Both the position numbers and the translations under genes were made by a program. The notes below the pieces were generated by a model. It was not told the origin of the DNA and made no database searches. It saw only the letters and a list, made by a program, of their open reading frames with translations. A stretch of 10,460 nt of DNA from Zygophlyctis sp. KS116 (Eukaryota > Fungi > Chytridiomycota): assembly GCA_054661495.1 (NCBI GenBank), contig BAAFSQ010000325.1, positions 1 through 10,460 on the forward strand. The letters are read 5' to 3'. Position 1 is the stretch's first letter, and every line of letters starts with the position of its first letter. Positions 1 through 9,158 of this stretch are shown piece after piece.

Positions 1-35
1 GCAGTAGGTTTTACATTTTTGCAGTAGGTTTTACA
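1..35. repeat. Direct repeat GCAGTAGGTTTTACA x2 (period 20), possibly truncated by the window edge
   Basis: Positions 1-15 and 21-35 are identical. Confidence 0.8.
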
Positions 36-106
36 ACACTAGATAAAACCAAGAGAATACACTAGGAAAGAAAAGACAACGGAAGACGAGGTCGGGCGAC
101 GCGAAA

Positions 107-3100
107 ATGTCAAAACCTCAAAACGATCCGTTCGCATTCATTGGCTCAAATGCAAATTACAGAGACCAGACCCTGGAAAATTACAATCAGCAACCAGAGT
201 ATCACCAACAACAACAACAACAACAGACATTTATTAAGTCTAGAAATTCCAAAGTCAAGGCTGGCGGTTTTGCGACTTTTGGGCCTGGAGGAATTTTGAT
301 TTCAACGGTCCCGTTTATTGCTAATAGATTTGAGATTATAAATGGGAAATCAGTTCCTAGAAGTTTAAATTTATCTAGAGTAAAGGTCTGGAAGGTAGAG
401 AGTATAGTGGATACAAGGTTTATAGATTTATTTAAAGGGCCGCTAGTCTCGAATTATTCTAGGAAAAAGGCAAATGTGTTGGATTTACTGGTAATTTAAC
501 ATTTTTAAAATTTTAGAAGGAAATAAAGGAAACAAAGGCTAGTAAAGACTCAGACTATTTATGGAAGTTATTAATGCTATTGGTGGAGAATGATGGGTCT
601 TTACTAGATGATAAAAATGATGCTAATACTTTTAAAAAGATTTTAGGGATTTTAGATTATATACCAGTTGTAAATTCAAGTTCTAGTGCTTTTGAGACTA
701 TTCAGGCTCTATTGATTCAAGGGAATGCTCTAGGGGCTTGTGATTATGCTCAAGCGGCTAATTTATGGGCTCATGCTCTAATAATTGGGGCTTTTATAGA
801 TGAAGAGACGTATTCAAGTACTTTAAATGCTTTTATACAGTATGAATTTACTCCAGGATACAAGTATTCTATACCTCAAGTGTCTAAAGGGGAGGAATTG
901 GTGTCTTTACAGGTTTTATACAATTTGTTTAGTAATGGGTCGAATGAGTACTTGTTACAGATTTTAAATTCTCAGAAAAATTGGGATTGGAGAGTAGTTT
1001 TATCGACAATTTTAGCAAATCCTACAAGTAATATTTTAACTGCAATTTGTTCTATTGGAGATGAATTGGGAAAATTAGATTTAATGGATGCAGCACATTT
1101 TTGGTATTTTTTTTAATTTTTTTAAAAAAATTTAGCTATTTATTGTGTTTTACACATTCTGCAGTCAATGAATTGGATTTATCACGGTTATTTTTAGTTT
1201 CTTCAGATCATATAAATCATCCCTCTTTTTATAGAGACTATAAAGCAATTCAGATGACTGAACTCTTGGAATATGCTAAAAGTTTGTCTGGATCAATTAT
1301 TCCACATTTTCAAGTTTACAAGTTTGCATATGCTTTAGAACTTTCAGATTTGGGAAAGTCGGATCTTTCTGCAGAGTATTTATTGGCGATTCAATCGATA
1401 TTGGCAGAATACAAGGGGACTTTTGGGGATAAATTTGCTTTGCTTTCTGATGCTGTTGATGAAGTTTCTGATAGGCTTAGTGTTCACTTTAGTAAAGGAG
1501 CGTCAAACAGTAAAAAGCATGCTGGTTGGTTTGCTAAAGGATTGGATTCGTTAGTGTCTGCTGCAGTTGGAGAGACTATGGATACTTTAGAGGTTAGAAA
1601 AAAGTCTAGAAAATATTCAATGTCCAACTTGTCAATGTCTGAATCAGATTCTCTCTCGGCTAGCTTATCCAGGTCTGAAAGTACTCAAAACCATTACGTG
1701 GGTAATGCACAACCTGCCAATGACTCTCATATGAATTTAAATTCTAGATCAGAAAACGTTCCGTATTTAAGCGGAAAACAACCTGATTTGAAACCTGAAT
1801 CTTATAGCTACAGCAATGATTCTCAATCTTTTGGAGTACCATTTTCCAAACAAGGCAATAATCAATTTATTTCAACTCCTTATGGTGAGCAGCAGAATCA
1901 CAACTTTTCTGCTGATAGAAAACATTCTCCAGGGAATCAACTTGCTCATCCTAATAGAATGCCGCCACACTCATCGCCTACAAATGGATTAAGCTCTATC
2001 TCACCTATATCAAATTCGGGGTATATGAATCCTTTGTTGCCGGCGGCCAATTATGAAATTTCTTCAAATCAAATACCCTCCTCGAATTCAAGTTTTAAGA
2101 ATCCTTCTTTGTCGGCTAAAAATTATGAAAACCCTTCAAATCAATATTCCTCTTCAAATTCAGGTTATATGAATTCTTCCCAAGCTCCAAATTATGAAGA
2201 ATCTAAAATTCAAAATTCTTCTTCCAAATCTGGTATTGTGAATTCTTCGTTGCCGGCTAAAAATTATGAAAACCCTTTGCATCCAAATTCCACTTCTCAT
2301 TCTGGAAATATGAATCCTTCCTTCCCAGCTCAAAATTATGGAATATCTTCAAAACAAAATCCCTCTTCGAATTCAGGATATATGAATCCTTCATTGCAAG
2401 CCCCTAAAAATCAAAAAACCACGCTTCAAAATTCCTCTAATATAAACTTGCAACCAATTCGGAATCCAACAAATGAAGTTACAACTCCTTCAATATATAA
2501 TCCTTCAGATTTCAGGCCTCAATATCAGAATAATTTTACGGGGTCAGATCAAAATACAATCCAATCTGATTCGTTGAAGTCGGGTTCAGTGTACATGAAT
2601 GGAGACAGCGGTTATAAATCAGATCCACGACAACTGGCTCCATCCTATTCACCCTCTATGAATGTCAATCCCAAATCTATTAGTCCTTTGGAAGTGCCAG
2701 CTGCTAATAAAAGTCTTGAATTAAAGAAAGAGTCTGATCCTTCCCATGAAGCAGGGAAACAGAATCCACCCCCTACTGCAACTTCTAATGGTATTTTATA
2801 ATATACTTAACGATTTAGCACCGGCAAGTAAAAGCCTAGTTGACTCTATTTGGGGGTCTTTTTCTTTATTTGGCAAATCATCTAAAGATAATAGTAGTTC
2901 TGAAAGTGCCGGACCTGTTAAAGCAAAATTAGGTGGGGAGCTTAGTTGCTATTTTGATGATGCTACTGGAAAATGGGTTTTTCCTGATGCTCCACAAACA
3001 GAAGAAGCAGCACCATTACCTCCTCCTCCCCAAACAAAGGCACCACCTCCATCGCAGAATAATAGTGCTGCAACATCGCGGCAACCATCGCCCGCTCCAA

Positions 3101-3798
3101 GTGGAGCTGCATCTCCTGCCCCACTTTCATCAACACCAAAGCCCACATACATTGGTGCTTTAGGAGGCTCAAGTAGAGCAAGCCGTCGAACAGCGCGCTC
3201 TAAATATGTAGATGTGCTCAATCCAAATGCACAAACAGCTGATGTTCAACCATCTTTTAACTTTACCCCTGTTAATAATTTCGGAACTACAGAGCCAAAG
3301 ATAATGAAGGTATATTTCCTAGAATACTAAAATTAGCCTGTTTTTACACCAAATACTTCTTATACAACAGAACAATATTCAAACGAGAGTTCTAAAGACT
3401 CCAAGTCTAATACCAACAGTTCTGGGTCCCAAAGCCGACCAAATTTGGCAGCTTCACCTAAAATCCCCCGAGTTAGGCCCAATCCCAATTCTTCTTTAAA
3501 ACCTGCCAGTTTAAATGGAGTTCCAAGTGGTGTCCGCTCTCCTGCTACAAGACCGGCAGCTGTAGCCCGCCCTCCCAGACCCGTTGGACCTACTGGACCT
3601 GTCGGACATAATGCTGTACCGCCAACAAGTAGAAATGGATATACCAGACCAATTAATCCTCAAAACGCTCAAAGTAATTCCGGAAGTTCTTCAATTTATC
3701 CAGGAAAGCGTAGATCTCAGGCTGCGCCCGTTCGACCAATGACTGGTCGTCCTGTTAGGCCAATACATGGATCTTCTAGAGCACCTGATGATTTATAA
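107..3798 (+). CDS. SEC16: COPII/ER exit site scaffold Sec16, 5 exons, ~1192 aa
   Basis: Exons 107-490, 517-1103, 1136-2790, 2819-3309, 3337-3798; GT-AG introns 491-516 (26 nt), 1104-1135 (32), 2791-2818 (28), 3310-3336 (27). Splicing keeps frame and restores Sec16-type motifs: FATFGPGG, YLWKLLMLLVENDG, A..ANLWAHALII, WRVVLSTILAN, AAHFCYL (C codon split by intron 2), IQMTELLEYA, HFQVYKFAYALELSDLG, and C-terminal KAKLGGELSCYFDDATGKWV and ARSKYVDVL. Confidence 0.92.
206..226 (+). repeat. (CAA)6CAG microsatellite encoding poly-Q7 in Sec16
   Basis: Read directly from the sequence. Confidence 0.9.
2010..2411 (+). repeat. Degenerate 72-bp (24-aa) coding tandem repeat, ~5.5 units, within SEC16
   Basis: Units start at 2010, 2082, 2154, 2223, 2295 and 2367; approximate consensus SNSGYMNPSLPAKNYExxSxQxxS. 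Confidence 0.88.
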
Positions 3799-3816
3799 GA
3801 TAATCGGCAGTATCGT

Positions 3817-3822
3817 AATAAA
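3817..3822 (+). terminator. Putative poly(A) signal AATAAA for SEC16
   Basis: 18 nt after the stop; similar spacing is seen for the ACAD gene (15 nt) and the cyclase (17 nt). Confidence 0.5.
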
Positions 3823-3900
3823 TTGTACATCTGATTTTAGAAGTCTAATGATGAGTCTGTGATTTTTGACATACGGAGCTTTGATATTTTTTGATTTTGA

Positions 3901-5655
3901 ATGAAATTTACTATTGACCAAGTTGCAAAACATTCAAAACCTGGAGATAACTGGATCATTATCCATGGCAATGTGTACAATGTTACTAATTTTCTCAATG
4001 AACATCCTGGAGGGAAAAGAGTTTTGGAAAAGGTAAATATTATATATATTTAAAAACAGGTTGCAGGTACTGATGCATCTGCTCAATTTGATAATTTCCA
4101 TTCTACTTCAGTGTTGAAAGAGTATGAACATTTAAAAATAGGATCCGTGCAAGGAGGTCAAGTTCCGGACATGGACGATGATGCTCCAATTTTTGGAGAA
4201 GGGATTCCATTTGGGGATCCAAACTGGTATCAGGTATATTTTAATACTTATGAAAACAGGCATTCAACTCTCCGTATTATGGTGAGTCACATCGTAAATT
4301 GCGACGTTTTATGAGAAATTTTGTTGATAAAGAATTAATGCCATTCTGTCATGAATGGGATGAATCAGGAGACTTTGTTCCACGTTCAGTGTTCCAGAGA
4401 TGTGGGGAAACAGGTATTCTAACGGCAGGTACTTAATTAATGCGTGTTTTACCATAGTTTGTGGTGCGCCGTGGCCTAAAGAATTGACTTCAATTAAACC
4501 ACCAGGTGGTGTTGATCCGCTAGAATTCGATGCATTTCATGAATTTATTGTTAAAGATGAATTGTCAAGAGCTGCAAGTGGTGGTACTCTGTGGGGATTA
4601 ATGGGTGGTCATACAGTAATTCAACTATAGATTAAAACTTTGTAGATTGCATTACCTCCCATTTTACATTTTGGGAGTGAATACGTTCTCTCGAAAGTTT
4701 TACCAGGTTGCTTGTCTGGAGATAAAGTTATTTGTTTGGCTGTTACTGAACCTTATGCAGGATCAGACGTTGCCAATATCAGAACGGAAGCCAAGAAGAC
4801 TCCAGATGGAAAATATTTTATAGTTAATGGAGAGAAGAAATGGATAACAAATGCTATTTTTGCAGATTTCTATTTAGTAGTGGTTCGTACTGGAGGTATA
4901 ATCGGTTTGGTATTTTTATAATTAGGCCCTGGAATGTCTGGAATATCTCTATTGTTGCTGGAAAAGGGGATGCCAGGTATTGGATTAAGAAAGATGAAAT
5001 GTTCGGGTGTTTGGGCTTCTGGAACTACATATATTACTTTTGAAAATGTACGAGTTCCTGTTGAAAATCTTGTCGGGACTGAAAACAAGGGATTTAAGTG
5101 TGTCATGTTAAATTTCAATCAGGAACGTCTTGGGATTTGTATTCAAGCAAACAGATTTGCCCGTGTTTGTTTAGAGGAGTCTCTAAAATATGCGTAAATT
5201 CAATTAAAGTAACAATCCTAGCCAAAATAGAGAGACATTTGGACAAAAACTTATTGATCATGCAGTTATTAGGAACAAGCTGGGACATATGACACGTAAA
5301 GTCGAGGCAACTCATGCATGGATAGAGAATATCATATATCAGAGCAAGACTCTAGATCCTAAAACTGCACAAATAGTTCTTGGAGGACCAATAGCCCTTT
5401 TAAAAGCCCAATCAACTCAAACATTTGAATTCTGTGCCCGGTATTTATATAAACATTTAAAATTTCAGAGAAGCAGCTCAAATATTTGGAGGATTAGCAT
5501 ATACGAGAGGCGGAGTTGGAGAAAAAGTAGAAAGACTTTATCGTGAAGTCCGAGCCTATGCCATTCCTGGTGGATCTGAAGAAATCATGTTAGACTTGGG
5601 AATCCGCCAATCTCTTCGAGTCGCCTCTACCTTTAAGCAGCTATCAAAGCTCTAA
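3901..5655 (+). CDS. Cytochrome b5 domain-acyl-CoA dehydrogenase fusion with C-terminal PTS1 (SKL), 8 exons, ~518 aa
   Basis: Exons 3901-4032, 4060-4233, 4260-4428, 4458-4615, 4646-4895, 4926-5193, 5222-5440, 5469-5655; introns of 27, 26, 29, 30, 30, 28 and 28 nt. N-terminal cytochrome b5 heme motif (NWIIIHGNVYNVTNFLNEHPGG...AGTDASAQFDNFH). ACAD signatures CLAVTEPYAGSDVAN, NGEKKWITN, NFNQERL, RETFGQKL, QIFGGLAY, IPGGSEEIM. Ends KQLSKL*. Confidence 0.95.
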
Positions 5656-6206
5656 CGTTTCTAAATTTAAAATAAAATCGAATTCCTTTTGTGACACTGG
5701 CTGAACTGATAACCTTCCTCTAGTTAATAGACACATCCCCTTTAGATCGGACTCTTTATAAGATTGCAATTCTTTCAAGGCAATAAACCTTTTAAAGAGT
5801 TTTACAAATTCAACATCCACCATGTACCAAGTTGGATTTTCCGGATCTGATTTTGCATCATAGTACGGTTCTTTGGAATTGAATGCCGTATGATCCGGAT
5901 ATCCCTCTTTGATTACTCTGGCGATCCCAGCGATTCCAGGAATCTTACTAAAATTAGGAAGTACTCAGATTACCAATTAGAATGATAAAATAAACAATAA
6001 TCACCAATCTTCATGTAATCTCTCATGATATTCCTTGCCTCATAGTTTCGAACTCCATCCCAACTAGATGGACCATTGATCAGATCCTGTATAGTGAATT
6101 TAACATCTTTTCCCTTTTCTATTCTAGATTCTCCTTCTCCCTTGATAAGCCAATGACGAATGTTTGCATACTTTCCAGACTTTGAAATCGTTGCTGATTT
6201 TGGCAT
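5644..6206 (-). CDS. EVE-domain (PUA-like) protein, THYN1/DUF55-like, 2 exons, ~178 aa
   Basis: Exons 6206-5974 and 5947-5644; 26-nt intron 5948-5973 (gtaatc...ctaattttag). The spliced protein has WDGVRNYEARN, MKIGD..LFYHSNCKIPGIAG, YPDHTAF, PYYDAKS, WYMVDVEF and RGRLSVQPV, all characteristic of EVE proteins. Confidence 0.93.
5671..5676 (+). terminator. Putative poly(A) signal AATAAA for the ACAD gene, inside the antisense EVE CDS
   Basis: 15 nt after the ACAD stop; on the minus strand these bases are EVE codons TTT ATT (Phe-Ile). Confidence 0.45.
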
Positions 6207-6241
6207 CTTAATATCAACAATTCTCGTGAGCGAAAAACAGA

Positions 6242-6286
6242 TTTGTGCGTGAAAAACCGAAAAAGTTCCTGTTTTTCTTACAGCGT
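6242..6286. repeat. Dispersed ~45-bp element, copy A (in the EVE/phosphatase divergent spacer)
   Basis: tttgtgcgtgaaaaaccgaaaaagttcctgtttttcttacagcgt; 39 of 46 alignment columns identical to 7217-7262. Confidence 0.85.
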
Positions 6287-6305
6287 TTTGTCGGAAAAAA
6301 GAAAA

Positions 6306-6944
6306 ATGCTTGATGCCATCTGTGATTCAAATGATGTAGCCATCAATGATAAAAATTCTAAAACAAGTGTTTCCTTCAATATTCCTCCAAACGAAAAGGA
6401 CAGACTTTATGCAGAACTAATTCCAGGCAAAATGTACTTGGGTGATTTCTCACACGCTTTTGATCCAAACATTCTAAAATCTGGCGCGTTTACACACATT
6501 CTAAACGTAAGCGGATGGGGTGGCCTTTGCTGTCAGCGGCGATGGAATAAAGCATTTGGAAACGGCAGTAGCGAAATCCCTGTTTGGAAGATTGTCAAAA
6601 TTCGCGATTTAATCAATGTTGACATTATGTCACATTTTGAAGAATGCTTTGAATTCTTGGATAGTATTCTCTACAATTGTGATGATAGAACTAACAAGGT
6701 TTTCATTCATTGTCAAGCTGGGATTTCAAGATCTTCTACCATTGCAATTGCGTATTTGATGAAGCGGAATGGATGGACAATTGATCGAGCTTACCAGCAC
6801 GTTTTAGATGCCCGACCCATAATCAAGCCAAACAAGGGATTTATGCAGCAACTTTTACAGTTTCATTCAACTTTACATTCTGGTAAGATGGATGGATCAG
6901 AGCAATGTCAAAGACGTCTTTTACTAAATTACCTTGCCGAATAA
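6306..6944 (+). CDS. Atypical dual-specificity protein phosphatase, apparently intronless, ~212 aa
   Basis: First ATG at 6306 in AAAAATG context (the track's TTG start at 6243 is unlikely). Motifs: ELIPGKMYLG, THILNVS, general-acid Asp in IRDLINVDIMSHF, catalytic VFIHCQAGISRS (CX5R), AYLM, RPIIKPNKGFMQQL. An AATAAA overlaps the stop codon (6940-6945). Confidence 0.9.
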   Translation: MLDAICDSNDVAINDKNSKTSVSFNIPPNEKDRLYAELIPGKMYLGDFSHAFDPNILKSGAFTHILNVSGWGGLCCQRRWNKAFGNGSSEIPVWKIVKIRDLINVDIMSHFEECFEFLDSILYNCDDRTNKVFIHCQAGISRSSTIAIAYLMKRNGWTIDRAYQHVLDARPIIKPNKGFMQQLLQFHSTLHSGKMDGSEQCQRRLLLNYLAE

Positions 6945-7216
6945 AAAGAAATTGCCTTTCCCCACTTTGTTCTTGCTTGAATTGAGTAAGTGGAAAACAT
7001 TGTTTAGCGCATCTATAAGAATTCGAAGATCTACATCGGTTATGTCCATGAAAGAAAGATCATCGATAAAAAGACCAAAGAAAATGCAAGCTGAATGGGT
7101 AATAACGATTGCTCGTCCATTTTACCAACATTAGCAATGTCTATTAATGGGTTCTCTGTGTCTGACTTTTGAATTCTGAACGGCATCAAGCAACAATCAA
7201 AAATTTATAAACATAT

Positions 7217-7262
7217 TTTGTACGTGAAAAACAGCAAAAGTTCATGTTTTTTCCTACAGTGT
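7217..7262. repeat. Dispersed ~45-bp element, copy B (upstream of PEX11)
   Basis: tttgtacgtgaaaaacagcaaaagttcatgttttttcctacagtgt; same orientation as copy A, 975 bp downstream. Confidence 0.85.
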
Positions 7263-7326
7263 AGGAGTTTTTCCGAAAGTGAAGAGTTTTTTCCGGTTTT
7301 CTTGACGGAATTTATCTTTTTAAAGA

Positions 7327-8052
7327 ATGGCCTGCTCCGATACTCTCAACAAGTTCTTATCTAATACAGTGGGAAGAGATCGGACAAACCGATTAATTCA
7401 ATATCTCTGTAAACTGTTAATATCTCTTGGGCCAAACAGATTCTCTCTTGAAACTCTTGGAAAACTTACGTCTCTTCAATCTCAAGTGACAAATACTAGA
7501 AAAGTCATGAGAATATTTAGACAATTGGAATTTTATAAATTGGCTAAGAAAGCGTCAGGACTTGAAGATGATTTGACACGATGGGCAACTATAACAAAGA
7601 ATGCTGGATTGGGAATTTGGTTAATTCATGATTCTTTAACATGGGCGCATTCAGCTAAACTGATGGTATTGAATGATGTCAAGAAAATAAGTCAAAGAGG
7701 ATTCAAGTTTTGGTTATTGGCTCTGATTGCAAGTTTGTTAAATAACATTTACAAGCTGAGGAATAATTCTATAAAATTATTGTTGGAACAGAAATATTTG
7801 AAATCATCAGTCAAGAAAAACGATAAAAACGAAATCGAAAAAGTTAAAGGCAATTTACAAGATTTACAAGTGTATTTTTCTAAATTTAATAATTATAGAG
7901 AAAAATCCAATCTTATGTTTGCAACAGTACAAGATTCTCTGGATATTTTTATTCCCGCCTCGAACTTAGAATTGATAAATCTTGACCAGAGTCTAGTAGG
8001 ATTCATTGGTGTGTTAACTTCCTTAATGGGAGGATGGACACATTGGAAATCT

Positions 8053-8058
<6 letters not shown>
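7327..8058 (+). CDS. PEX11: Peroxisomal membrane elongation factor Pex11, probably 2 exons (~234 aa spliced)
   Basis: Pex11 motifs FLSNTVGRDRTNRLIQY, RKVMRIFR, FWLLALIAS, QDSLDIFIP, VGFIGVLTSLMG. Probable in-frame 27-nt intron 7872-7898 (gtattt...aattatag). Confidence 0.9.
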
Positions 8059-9073
<1,015 letters not shown>

Positions 9074-9158
9074 CTTGCGCTCTTTAGAAATTGCAAACAA
9101 ACGACCGCTCTACTCAAATTCTAAAATATCAAAATAAAAAGAATCTATTTTCTTATTT

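Noticed and set aside
2933-3221. Track ORFs 2933-3163 (+), 2949-3221 (-) and 2963-3181 (-)
   Set aside because: Shadow frames of the GC-richer, Pro/Ala/Ser-rich Sec16 exon, with no recognisable motifs.
4840-5315. Track ORFs 4840-5043, 4870-5118 (-), 5098-5292 and 5115-5315 (-)
   Set aside because: Alternative or antisense frames of the ACAD exons.
6243-6305. N-terminal extension of the phosphatase from TTG 6243
   Set aside because: Non-ATG start that runs through the repeated non-coding element; the ATG at 6306 has a good A-rich context.
6507-6536. 30-nt GTAAGC...TGTCAG candidate intron in the phosphatase
   Set aside because: GC-rich, unlike all supported introns, and splicing it would break the conserved HILNVS motif.
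6883-6948. GTAAGA...TACTAA...AAG candidate 66-nt intron at the phosphatase 3' end
   Set aside because: Twice the length of any supported intron, and it only swaps a short tail. The AATAAA at the 6944 stop supports the unspliced end. Not fully excluded.
6934-7134. Plus-strand 66-aa ORF
   Set aside because: TTG start overlapping the phosphatase stop, with no motif.
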